DNA of 63,634 nt, the filler included, from Octopus bimaculoides (Eukaryota), in assembly GCF_001194135.2 (NCBI RefSeq). It is 4 parts of 3 records of this genome, joined end to end, with 100 filler letters (N's around TTAATTAATTAA, not from the genome) between each part and the next. Parts side by side here need not be neighbours in the genome. Positions count along the whole stretch, not along the records: positions 51,911 to 60,316 come from NC_068985.1; positions 60,417 to 63,634 come from NC_068997.1; 2 more parts are not named here. One strand, 5' to 3'. Positions 51,811 through 63,634 of the stretch are shown here, piece after piece. The notes below the pieces were generated by a model. That model searched no databases. It saw only the letters and a program-made list of their open reading frames with translations, and had not been told where the DNA came from. Numbering within the stretch: the stretch's first letter is position 1; the number at the start of each line of letters is the position of its first letter. A program made the position numbers and the translations under genes.

Positions 51811-51910
51811 NNNNNNNNNNNNNNNNNNNNNNNNNNNNNNNNNNNNNNNNNNNNTTAATTAATTAANNNNNNNNNNNNNNNNNNNNNNNNNNNNNNNNNN
51901 NNNNNNNNNN
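51811..51910. other. Artificial scaffold-join spacer
   Basis: 44 N + TTAATTAATTAA + 44 N. Confidence 0.92.
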
Positions 51911-51928
51911 AGTAGTAGTAGTAGTAGT

Positions 51929-51966
<38 letters not shown>

Positions 51967-52005
51967 TAGCTGTAATGGTATTAGCAACAGTATTAATAGT
52001 CGTAG

Positions 52006-52152
52006 TGGAGGCGCAATGGCCCAGTGGTTAGGGCAGCAAACGCGCGGTCGTAGGATCGCGGTTTCGATTCCCAGACACGGGCGTTGTGAGTGTTTATTGA
52101 GCGGATCAACTGGAACCCTCGACGTCGTAAGCGACGGAGTGCCAACAACATA
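52006..52152 (+). mobile_element. Internally deleted SINE family A with 12-bp TSD
   Basis: Head and tail near-identical to 3961-4346, central ~240 bp absent; TAATAGTCGTAG at 51994-52005 and 52153-52164. Confidence 0.9.
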
Positions 52153-52369
52153 TAATAGTCGTAGCAGTAACTATAGTACTATTAGCAACAGAAGCTGCTG
52201 TAGAAGTAGTACCAACAACAGCACCAATAGTTATAGTTATGGTTGTGGTGAATCTTTTATCTTTTACTTGTTTCAGCCATTAGACAGCGGCCATGCTGGG
52301 GCACCACCTGAAATGATTTAATTTATTAGTCACCAAGGGAAGGTATGTCAGAAGAAAGTAATTCAACAG

Positions 52370-52800
52370 CGCGGGTTGATGAACCGTAAGACGTGTGGCC
52401 AGAACTTCCTGGAAAATAACCACAGCGAGGGACATTCCACAGTTGAATTAAAACAGTCACAAACAGTGATAGGCGTGAAGAAGACAAAGATTAAGTGGCC
52501 GAAAGCAAATGACGCAGCAACGACAACGAGGTATCAAGAATGACCACCAAATTCAAAGGCGACGACGAACAAAAGCACGAGAACCTGGCTTATACAATAC
52601 GATCAGTCGGACGCTGACACTCGTTGATGCTGCATCGAAGAGGCCAGGGAATAGAAGAAAGAAGACATACACCCAACACCAGAGTTGAAGACACCTCCGA
52701 AAGGGGGGGGGCCGCCACGTCAAAACGGTAGAGGCGTAGGGGCCGAAACCGGACGTGGTTCCTCCTGATGATGTCTTGAGCTAACTGGATCCTATAAAGG
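52370..52800 (+). mobile_element. HERO/NeSL-like (restriction-like endonuclease) LINE deletion derivative
   Basis: NHSEG..KIKWPKAND..KGDDEQKHENLAYTI resembles the pre-RT region of HERO elements (recalled), joined to a GC-richer 3' segment. Confidence 0.55.
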
Positions 52801-53099
52801 AGCTGTTGTGGTAGCAGACCACGAAACATGGTTGAAATTCCTTCCAATTATATCACTGTTCCTTAATATACAGTTTGGTAGCTCTATGGATTTCCGAGTT
52901 GTTAGTGTAAGAAAATTTCTCTTTCTGCATTCATTCGCATTTGTTTCCGAGTTTAATTCTTGACAGGTTAACTAAGCCTTTTACACTCCCTGGTTCCACA
53001 CAGTACGTAACACACATATTCTGGAACATATGTATTTGTGCATATGCCTTGCTACAAAGTTGTATTTGATACTGACTCCACTCAAGTCACCATCTTCAG

Positions 53100-53578
53100 A
53101 AGGCGGTTAGCTGGCAGAATCGTTAGCACGCTGGGCGAAATGCTTGGCAGTATTTCGTCTGTGTTTACGTTCTGAGTTCAAAATTCCGCTCAAGTCGACC
53201 TTGCTCTTCATTCTTTCGTGGTCGATAACTTAAGTACCAGTTTCGTACTGGGGACGATCTAATCGATTGGCCCTCTCCCCAAAAATGTCGGGCCTTGTTC
53301 CTAGAGTAGAAAAAGACACCACCTTCAGTGGTCTTTGTCGATCACGTAGATGCTTAAATACTTTCTAATATAGTCATAAAGCTTTAAATCTGGAGAGAGT
53401 GGATTATTCGATTATATAGACCCCGGAGCTCGACTGGTACTTATTTTATCAACTCCAGAAAGATGAAAGACAAAATCGACTCGACTTTATTTGAACTCAG
53501 GATGTAAAGCGAGAGAAGAAATATCACTAAGAAAATTTTGCATGACGTGTTAACGCTTTTGCTAGCTCGCTGTCTTGC
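53100..53578. mobile_element. Two SINE family D copies in inverted orientation (+ 53100-53315; - ~53405-53578)
   Basis: GGCGGTTAGCTGGCAGAATCGTTAGCACG on +; CAAGACAGCGAGCTAGCAAAAGCGTTAACACG on -. Confidence 0.75.
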
Positions 53579-55072
53579 TACTTTATCGAAATCTATTTAT
53601 AAACTAAGTTACAGGACATAAAAGTGATGCAAATTATCAGTATCAATTTTCAGAACTGTGTAAACATATATGTACAGATTGGCGCATTTTCGTTGTAATT
53701 TTCGAATAATTCATTGTTGAGTGTGAAGGATTATTTTTCTTTGTTATGAATATGTTGGTATATCGTTAAAACAAATATAACCTTTAAATTGGTGAAACTT
53801 CCATGATTTATTTCGCACAAGTCAAAACGAACATTAGAACGAACTTTTCAAATACGAAAACTTAATGAAACGTATACGGCATCTGCTTAATGATGAGGAT
53901 TGGTAGCAATTCTGAGATCTTATTACTCGGTAGATAACGTTGTTAACCCATAAGTCAGACCTCATCAAGCAGTTTTCTAGTATCTAGGGATAAATTGGCT
54001 ATTGTTTCCATTGCCTTACAAAGAAACGACTATGAATTAAGGATGATTCGGCTATTACTTTCAGCATGTTAAGCAACCACGTAGATTATCACTCATATTA
54101 ATTCAACAAGTAAACATTGGTATAGCATGCCGGTGTAGATTTTAAATGCGTAAGAAAATCACCTCCTGTGTTCATTGTATATTGTATTTCTCTTTTGCTT
54201 TTCGTAGTTGATCACTTTTCGTCTTTTATTCTATAAAAAGGAAATATCTTGAACTTTCCATTTCCACCAATATCTAGACGAAAAATTTCTAAGAGATGAA
54301 TCTTCAATTTGCTCTTTGTCTACATTCATGTATTTCGTTAGTTTTGTTTCCGTTTCCCCAATGTAATTCCCGTTGCATCGTGGGCAGGTGATGCAGTAGA
54401 AGACATGTCTTTTTTTTTTATTTTACAATTCATAGCTGTATTCACTTTAACTTCTGTCTCCTGCTGGAATCTTTTAATTGTTCCTTCTTTAATTATTTCG
54501 CATGTCCCGCGAAGAGGGACTCCACAATGTATTACCGGCATTATTTATTTCTCTGTGATCCTCGCATTCCTTAACCGACTTTTGGGATTTCGTCGTTGTC
54601 TTCGGCTGTTGATGATTTGTGATTCTTAAATTACTTGGATCCTTAAATTGTGATTCTTAAATTACTAAGTGATGTAGAATTGGGAACTTCCGTTTGGTCG
54701 GTTGTAGGATGTTGTGGAAACCAGAATTATGAGCGACTGCAAATAGAATACTTAAATTCGGATTGTTGCTTTCTCAGTCAGTTTCATTGTTTCTCTGTAA
54801 GGCAAAGATTGATATTTTTTTGGTTTGGAAATGGCATGGTTTATTAGGTTTTTGAGCATTTATGTAGATTTTAAATTTACCACCCTTCCTACGCAAAATA
54901 AACATACCATTCAATATGGTAGGCCGTATATTCTCAATAGTTGTGCTAAAATAGACGAGAGAAAATATTGGTAAAATTAAATAGGTTTCTTCAAAAGTAC
55001 ATATACCCCCTATATCAACTGTAGTGAACCTCGACCCCTTAATATTTTTATATGTATGCATACATACATATG

Positions 55073-55115
<43 letters not shown>

Positions 55116-56318
55116 TATAGCCTCGCGCCCACCAAAGCCTTGTGAGTGGATTTGGTAGACGGAAACTGAAAGAAGCCCGTCGTATATATGTATATATATG
55201 TGTGTGCATATGTTTGTGTGTCTGTGCTTGTCCCACCANNNNNNNNNNNNNNNNNNNNNNNNNNNNNNNNNNNNNNNNNNNNNNNNNNNNNNNNNNNNNN
55301 NNNNNNNNNNNNNNNNNNNNNNNNNNNNNNNNNNNNNNNNNNNNNNNNNNNNNNNNNNNNNNNNNNNNNNNNNNNNNNNNNNNNNNNNNNNNNNNNNNNN
55401 NNNNNNNNNNNNNNNNNNNNNNNNNNNNNNNNNNNNNNNNNNNNNNNNNNNNNNNNNNNNNNNNNNNNNNNNNNNNNNNNNNNNNNNNNNNNNNNNNNNN
55501 NNNNNNNNNNNNNNNNNNNNNNNNNNNNNNNNNNNNNNNNNNNNNNNNNNNNNNNNNNNNNNNNNNNNNNNNNNNNNNNNNNNNNNNNNNNNNNNNNNNN
55601 NNNNNNNNNNNNTATATATATATATATATATATATACTTACAAATATATATTTCTATATATTTATATCCGGTTAATTTTGTCTTTGTATACATACATACA
55701 TGCATACGTACATACATACATACATACATACATACATACATACGTGGATGTGTATGAGTGAGTCAGTGAGACTTTGAATGTGTGTGCGTCTGTCTGTCTG
55801 TCTGTGTCTGTGTCTCTCTGTGTGCGTGTGTGTGTGTGTCTGTGTGTGCGTGTGTGTGTAAGCATGTTTGCACAAGATGGTGGGTGGGCGTATGTGTCGG
55901 CGTATGTATGTATCTAAATATATGTCAGTCTGTGGGTGTTCGTACATCTGGATGAATATGTGCGTGTGTAAATATTCTTCTTTCTGGAAGTGATAATTCA
56001 ATAGAAAAAGAGAAATGCATTTAAAAATCACTACAAACAATAAAATTAAACGAGTGTTACAAAAACTAAAAATGTGCTCCTTTTTCTTGTGTTGCTGTTT
56101 AATATGTTTGTGTTTGTTAGCCAAAAGATTAAGCTGAAAAATATGGAAAAAAAACATATTCATTGAAATGTTAACTTGGCATTTAAGGTAAATTATATGA
56201 ACTGCATGGAATGCAAATAAGTGAATTCAACTAAATCACTTTATATACATTTTCGCGCATTTATGTATAATTATAAAACAAACAATAAAAAATAGAGTAT
56301 ATTTGCAATTGTGTATGT

Positions 56319-56710
56319 ATACGAGGTGGTATCAAAGATTTCCCGGACTCGTTATGTTTAATAAAGAATAACTTATTTACTTCGATAGAGTCACCTTGCG
56401 CAGCAATACACCGATCCCAGTTTTCCAGCCTCTTTTGGAATCTGGCCTGGATGTCATTTTCCGTAAGCGAGTCGAGGACCTTCTGCAATCCGCTCCAGAT
56501 CTCGACAACGGTGTTAAAACGCTGCTTTTCATCTTGAGGAAGAGAAGGGAGTCCTCAGGTGTTAAATCTGGCGAATAGGGCGGGTTCAGTAGCGATACCA
56601 ACAACATCAATATCATCAACAATGTTGTTGATTGTCCTCCGACGATTCTCATCTTCAGGCTAATGTATTTATTTTTGTTGTTGTTTAGCAAGTGTTGTTT
56701 GAAAGCGACT
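56319..56710 (-). mobile_element. Deleted mariner (3' end)
   Basis: TA-CGAGGTGGTATCAAA terminus; PPYSPDLTP..LFLKMK; QKVLDSLTENDIQARFQK..WDRCIAAQGD. Confidence 0.8.
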
Positions 56711-58372
56711 AAGATATGAAGTCTGTCAGCACTGATCCCACGCCTCTGCTTCTTTTATTTTTATTTCTTCTTAGGTTGAGGCTGTCAATATCACTATTTC
56801 TGTGACGATTTCCAGTTGATGCCAGTATCTTGTAAGTTTTAACATCTATGGGGTGGATCTCTTCTACAGAGTGGTCAAGATTCCCATATGTTGGAATCAG
56901 CAGTGATAAAACAAATACATTGTGGTATATTGTCCTAGTAAAAGGAGAGTTCTGACAGCCACATGTTATTAAATCTAGCATTATATTTTTTTAGTTCACT
57001 CTATCTTTATTCACAGTACCTTCGTATGTGTTTCTATCAACGCCTAGATACTTGTAGCATTCTTTGTGTGAGACAGAAAAGATAGTGAAACCATTGATGT
57101 GCAAGGTTTCGGTCTGAGGTACTTATTCTCCACGTTCAACAATAAGATATGAACATTTTTTTAGTCAAATAACCTTCCTAGGTCAGTTGAATATCTTATT
57201 AATTTCAGCTGTATTTTTGGCATTGTTAACATTTTAAGCAAAATCATGCGGTCACAATACAGATTATGGTTTGCATTAGTATCTCTAACAGTTACAGACC
57301 CTAGCATATATAGATTTGACTTTTGTAGGAGGAATGATAGTGGATTTAATGCCAAAATTAACAGAATTACAGAATGACAATCTCATTCGAATATTCCATT
57401 TGAAATATTTATAAAGTTAGAGACGATCGTTTCGGTTTGTTCTCAGTGAATCAACTGTTGCCCATGTCTTTGTGAGATTCTAAAGGGCAACAACTAAAGC
57501 AGCAATCACGTCTGCCAAATGCATCCACTTCAGTCGTCATTAGTTGGGAATAGAGTCAAATGCCCTCCTATAATTAAGCCATACTACGATCTTTTTATTT
57601 TTTTCACTTCAAACAGTACAGCTTTGTTTATCGAAAGATGTTCGGCACATACCAACAATCTCTTCTATCCACCGGTCTGCTCATCAGTCATTATACTGTT
57701 GGACTCACCACGATCTTGGAAGAACTGTTTGAGGCAGCTCGTAAATACATGTATGTATTTATGTATGTATGTATGTATGTATGTATGTATGTATGTATGT
57801 ATGTATGCATGTATGTATGTATACGCACACATGCGTATTTAATTTTCCTCCAGCTTAGAAGTTTCGTGCACTTCATTTTACTCAACCGTAGTCATTACAG
57901 TATCCAAAATAATAAATGGAATTGGAAGTTGTGGTCAGGTTATTTAAAGTTTCATGGCGCCAGTGATTGAGTTTAGTAACATGGCTGGTCAAATGACTGG
58001 TCGTGGTGTCAAAGACATCTATTTTTTATCTCTACGCCTTCAGTTCATTGTTCAGCATCAAAGCAGTAACTGCAAAGCAATGTTAGTGAATTTACTTGCG
58101 CATATTGTTAGTGCTATGTATATAAACGCATTTTAGTTTGTTTCTATGTGTCCTTTAAAAATATGTGTGCATGTGTGTATGCACAATGGAGTCGGGGTGG
58201 AATTTGCGTGTATTTATAAATGTAAATATGTAGACATGTATTTGGGATTGATTGGTAATTCAAAGTCCCCTTTTGAGATTTGTATGCAAATACTGATATA
58301 TATCTGATGTGTGTGTACACATACACACACAAACACACAACACACAACACACACACATACACACACACACAT

Positions 58373-58408
<36 letters not shown>

Positions 58409-59366
58409 NNNNNNNNNNNNNNNNNNNNNNNNNNNNNNNNNNNNNNNNNNNNNNNNNNNNNNNNNNNNNNNNNNNNNNNNNNNNNNNNNNNNNNNNNNNN
58501 NNNNNNNNNNNNNNNNNNNNNNNNNNNNNNNNNNNNNNNNNNNNNNNNNNNNNNNNNNNNNNNNNNNNNNNNNNNNNNNNNNNNNNNNNNNNNNNNNNNN
58601 NNNNNNNNNNNNNNNNNNNNNNNNNNNNNNNNNNNNNNNNNNNNNNNNNNNNNNNNNNNNNNNNNNNNNNNNNNNNNNNNNNNNNNNNNNNNNNNNNNNN
58701 NNNNNNNNNNNNNNNNNNNNNNNNNNNNNNNNNNNNNNNNNNNNNNNNNNNNNNNNNNNNNNNNNNNNNNNNNNNNNNNNNNNNNNNNNNNNNNNNNNNN
58801 NNNNNNNNNNNNNNNNNNNNNNNNNNNNNNNNNNNNNNNNNNNNNNNNNNNNNNNNNNNNNNNNNNNNNNNNNNNNNNNNNNNNNNNNNNNNNNNNNNNN
58901 NNNNNNNNNNNNNNNNNNNNNNNNNNNNNNNNNNNNNNNNNNNNNNNNNNNNNNNNNNNNNNNNNNNNNNNNNNNNNNNNNNNNNNNNNNNNNNNNNNNN
59001 NNNNNNNNNNNNNNNNNNNNNNNNNNNNNNNNNNNNNNNNNNNNNNNNNNNNNNNNNNNNNNNNNNNNNNNNNNNNNNNNNNNNNNNNNNNNNNNNNNNN
59101 NNNNNNNNNNNNNNNNNNNNNNNNNNNNNNNNNNNNNNNNNNNNNNNNNNNNNNNNNNNNNNNNNNNNNNNNNNNNNNNNNNNNNNNNNNNNNNNNNNNN
59201 NNNNNNNNNNNNNNNNNNNNNNNNNNNNNNNNNNNNNNNNNNNNNNNNNNNNNNNNNNNNNNNNNNNNNNNNNNNNNNNNNNNNNNNNNNNNNNNNNNNN
59301 NNNNNNNNNNNNNNNNNNNNNNNNNNNNNNNNNNNNNNNNNNNNNNNNNNNNNNNNNNNNNNNNNN

Positions 59367-59413
<47 letters not shown>

Positions 59414-60037
59414 TGTATATAAATACATACAAACGCGCAAACGTATACCAGAATGTATGCTCATATATCGAAATACGCGTTTGGATACATGTGTATATGT
59501 ATCTGTATGTATGGGAGTGTGCGTGAATGTATGTATGTGCACGCACTGAGATACACTTCACTTAAACATTCATGGATACGCTCACACAAAGGGAGGTGAC
59601 CACACTCGTGCGTTCACACGCATACATACACAAGCACACTCACATATACATACAAATACACACATTGTACGATACCTCTTTCGTCTTTGACTTTTCATAT
59701 TTATTTATTCATCTCTTTATATATCGATTAGTTTTACGAATCAATTGATTTTTTTTGTTTTTGCGTATCCTACCAAAGACCCGAATAAAAAACCACAATA
59801 ACAACAACTACTACTACTACTAATGCTAGTTCTGTTGCTTCTGTTGCTACTACTACCACCACTACTACTAGCGGTACCACCATTATCTACAGAATCAAAA
59901 TGGCTTCCAGCGAGTTGTACTTAAATGGTATCATGTTACATGCCTGTTGCTAATAGGCCGCCTAAAAAGACACGCAAAACGTATTTAGCCAGAGAACACA
60001 CATGGCGACCGAGACCTACAAGAACTTTCACCAAATA

Positions 60038-60316
60038 CATTATTATTATTGTTCAGTAGTCTTATTTTTATAACGTGCTTTCACTTCACTACCGAGCGCA
60101 GCTCTGTGCGCCTTGGGTATGTGCTGTGGTTTGCTGTGGTGCTCTTATGTTTACTGTATTGAAAGTGTTTTGCGTAGAATGTGTGCAGTACCCAGTAGTG
60201 CAATTTTCTGTATGTTATATATATTTGTAAGTCCTGGTGTTTTTGTTATGTATTTGTCTGAATATTTTTTTATTATACCTAAGGCACCTACTATGATAGG
60301 AATTGTTTCTGTTTTT
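60038..60316 (-). mobile_element. R4/Dong-like LINE 3' end with (AAT)n tail
   Basis: TIPIIVGALGIIKK..IQKIALLGTAHILRKTLSIQ*. Confidence 0.8.
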
Positions 60317-60416
60317 NNNNNNNNNNNNNNNNNNNNNNNNNNNNNNNNNNNNNNNNNNNNTTAATTAATTAANNNNNNNNNNNNNNNNNNNNNNNNNNNN
60401 NNNNNNNNNNNNNNNN
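60317..60416. other. Artificial scaffold-join spacer
   Basis: 44 N + TTAATTAATTAA + 44 N. Confidence 0.92.
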
Positions 60417-60465
<49 letters not shown>

Positions 60466-61031
60466 ATGCATGTATGTATGTGTGTATATGTTTGTGTGTC
60501 TGTGTTTGTCACTCCCCCCATCATCGCTTCACAACCGATGTTGGTATGTTTACGTCCCCGTAATCTAGCAGTTCGGCTAAGAGACCGATAGAATAAGTAT
60601 AAGTACTAGGCTTATAAAGAATAAGTTCTGGGATCGACATGTTCGACTAAATGTGGTGCTCCAGAATAGGCGCGTCAAATGCTTGAAACAAATAAAAGAC
60701 TAAAAGAGTATATATGTAAAACAATCCGCCCACACAAACTGCTATATGCAGTCTCGCATTTACGAAGACATTTATATGCATATTAATGCAATATATAAAT
60801 AGACGCACACTTGCATACACCCACATACACATGCAGTATCAAGTATACCCGTAGCTATCTGCCTAGATACAAACATATACGCAACGCATAAACGTATAAA
60901 CACATGCACAAACACACGCACACACGCACACACGCACACATACACATGCACGCATGCACGCACACGCATGTACGCACACACTCACGACTGTATTGCAATA
61001 TCTATCTATCTATCTATCTATCTATACAGAC

Positions 61032-61087
<56 letters not shown>

Positions 61088-61297
61088 CACACTTTCTGCA
61101 TATACTTCCATTCTGCCCACACACCGCCATATTCTCAAACAATAATTATATTCTTACAGATGCCCTCCTCTGCATGAAGAAATCCCACATACACACATAC
61201 ACTATTATATTCGCATACATAAATACATTTCACATCACTATTCTGCCATACACATCCACAAACATTTTCTCATACATTAATTCATAGATTCTGGCTT

Positions 61298-61336
<39 letters not shown>

Positions 61337-61729
61337 TAGCTGCTTCCCCTGGGCTTTCCATTTATTTTGGTATCTCATTAAGGAAATACGCGAAACCAAC
61401 GCAATGACATTTAATGAGGACACATCTGACACTACCCAGCCAATATTTGACCCGGTTTCGATCCCAACTTGAGGCAACTCGGATCGAAGTTAATTTAATT
61501 ACGCCTATCGGCCAATTTAATCGATATCGATTATATTGACAAACAATTCAATCAGTGTGATGCTGGACGAATTTCCAGTTAATGATAAAGAAGATGGTGG
61601 AAAGCGGTGTGGGGTGCGTGGGTCCATCGACTGATCATAACAACGCCAGCAAGAGACGCTACTGTCAATAATGGTTTCTGTTTTGGACACAAAGCTTGCA
61701 ATTCCAAGTAGAAAGGTTAGTCAATGCCA

Positions 61730-62200
61730 TCGATCCCACTATTCGGCTAGTATTTTTATTGACCCCGAAGGATGAAAGACAAAATCGACATTGATGGGAT
61801 TTGAACCCAGAAGCTGAAGCACTGAAAGAAACACTACTTGGTAGTTGTTCGACGCTCTAACAACTGTCCTAGCAGCCCCGATTCCTACAGCTACAAGCAA
61901 AAATTTATCGACATTATTACTTAACTGGTCCTTTATTGACCCCGAAAAAAGGAAAAGCAAATTTGACCAGGGTGGCATTTGAACTCAGGTCGTTAAAAGG
62001 CCGAACAAATGCCAATAATATTCTGGCAGCTGTCTGCCATACAGTTACTAACAGCAATAAAAGCACAGCGGCATCAACGACCACAACAACAGCAACAACA
62101 ACTTATGCTATCGATCACTTTTGCTGAAATCGCTAGGATATGAGAACGTAGGCAAACCAACACCGGTTGTCAAGCAGTGATTGAGGACATATACAAACAC
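61730..62200 (-). mobile_element. Tandem diverged SINE D copies and a SINE B tail
   Basis: GACCCCGAAGGATGAAAGACAAAATCGAC, TTTGAACTCAG and CGGTTGTCAAGC motifs. Confidence 0.65.
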
Positions 62201-62238
62201 ATATATACGTATAAACATATATATATATATATATATAT

Positions 62239-62290
<52 letters not shown>

Positions 62291-62625
62291 GGGATAATAA
62301 TCCAAATTTACAGGTAAAAACTCAATTAAATTCAATTTATTAAAAATTAAAATTCATTTTCTCTAAAACTATATATATATGTATATATATATATAATATA
62401 TTNNNNNNNNNNNNNNNNNNNNNNNNNNNNNNNNNNNNNNNNNNNNNNNNNNNNNNNNNNNNNNNNNNNNNNNNNNNNNNNNNNNNNNNNNNNNNNNNNN
62501 NNNNNNNNNNNNNNNNNNNNNNNNNNNNNNNNNNNNNNNNNNNNNNNNNNNNNNNNNNNNNNNNNNNNNNNNNNNNNNNNNNNNNNNNNNNNNNNNNNNN
62601 NNNNNNNNNNNNNNNNNNNNNNNNN

Positions 62626-62730
62626 NTGGAGGATATGTTAACCTCATGAAGGGATTGTCTCATCCAAGAAAATATTGGTTCAATCCCTAGTAGTTTGGGG
62701 GAATGAATTTCCTTAAAATAATAAGGTATA
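62626..62730 (+). mobile_element. Possible PLE fragment
   Basis: RKYWFNP..GMNFLKIIR, similar to IIWFAP..FFKILK in the 30.4-32.8 kb PLE. Confidence 0.4.
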
Positions 62731-62924
62731 TACAAAACATAGTTTATATCCGTTTACAAGAAGAAAAGAAAATGAAGATTAGGTAGTTATTTAGTGTTAA
62801 CAGCAAATTGGTCATGAAGCGAAGATGATCAGTTTGTTGTTAATAATAAATAATTATTAACTTCCTAACCTCCATTTTCTTTTCTTCTTATATATATGTT
62901 TGTGTGTGTGTGTGCGCAACATTT

Positions 62925-63075
62925 TCCACGCTGTTTCCGTCCACCAAATTCATTCACAAGGCATTGATCAACCCTGGGCTTTAGCAGAAGACACTCGCCC
63001 AAAATTTCACTTAGCGGAACACAACCTGAAACCATGTGACTGCAAGGTGAACTTCTTAACAACACGGCCAGTTAC
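62925..63075 (-). mobile_element. Diverged SINE family B head
   Basis: GTTTCCGTCCACCAAATTCATTCACAAGG...CTTCTTAACAACACGGCC. Confidence 0.7.
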
Positions 63076-63581
63076 TTTGTAGCAGAAAGACACCAAAGTA
63101 GAAACAACAACAAAAACACATTATTTTGTTGCAGTTTGGAGTCGAAAATGAAACTCTTCAGCTTTTCCAAGGAAGCGTTCTTGTCATAGTATGGCTGAAT
63201 TCATATCTTACCATACTTAACATCCAACGCCATCTGGCCCTTGGGTATCTTTAGAAGAGCGTATTCCATTGCAAACATTCGAAACAGATTTATAGCTCAG
63301 AGATTAACGTTAACTTGCTTCTCCACAGACAAAACTATAAAGAAAAGTCGTTTCTAAGTGTACCATTTTACTTGTAACTTAACCCCCTAAACCAACCCGG
63401 GGTCTTTTTGAAAGCAGTATGTTGTTGGAATGTTGTATTAATCAATTAATCTATTTGTTTGTTTACTTATTTATTTGTTCATTTTCTGACGTGGGGTCAG
63501 AAAATTCGCGTCTATCAAAATACTTGAAACGATTTTTATAGCCTCAGAAATTATACAAACATACATACATACATACATACA

Positions 63582-63617
<36 letters not shown>

Positions 63618-63634
63618 TATTATATATATATATA

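Noticed and set aside
52740-52776. GAAAC...CTGATGA as a type II hammerhead
   Set aside because: Helices I and III form only after assuming two substitutions and helix II is mostly G-U; not supportable from one copy.

Overview
Repeat-dense, gap-riddled eukaryotic DNA. The SINE, RTE and microsatellite make-up suggests an octopus, probably O. bimaculoides (recalled repeat families, not a database search). One host gene is supported: the first four coding exons of FANCI on the + strand (5599-5682, 7304-7379, 10147-10277, 15926-16011), in phase and with intron positions matching human FANCI as I recall them. No further FANCI exon was found. The gene stops before an artificial join (44N-TTAATTAATTAA-44N at 22541-22640; two more at 51811 and 60317), where the repeat landscape changes from RTE-LINE-rich to SINE/microsatellite-rich. 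The rest is transposon debris: RTE, CR1, R4/Dong-like and HERO-like LINEs, Penelope-like elements (PLE), a Gypsy fragment, Tc1, maT, mariner, pogo-like and piggyBac-type DNA transposons, and several tRNA-SINE families. The most interesting signal is a set of small non-coding elements carrying minimal type I hammerhead-ribozyme (HHR) cores with palindromic helix III. They occur as a ~500-bp palindrome in a FANCI intron, as a second head-to-head pair, as a solo copy, and fused to a tRNA head in a SINE-like element inserted in a PLE. Every copy seen is partly degenerate, so catalytic activity is unproven. Coordinates of degraded repeats are approximate. Most long ORFs in the supplied track are artefacts of N runs or microsatellites.
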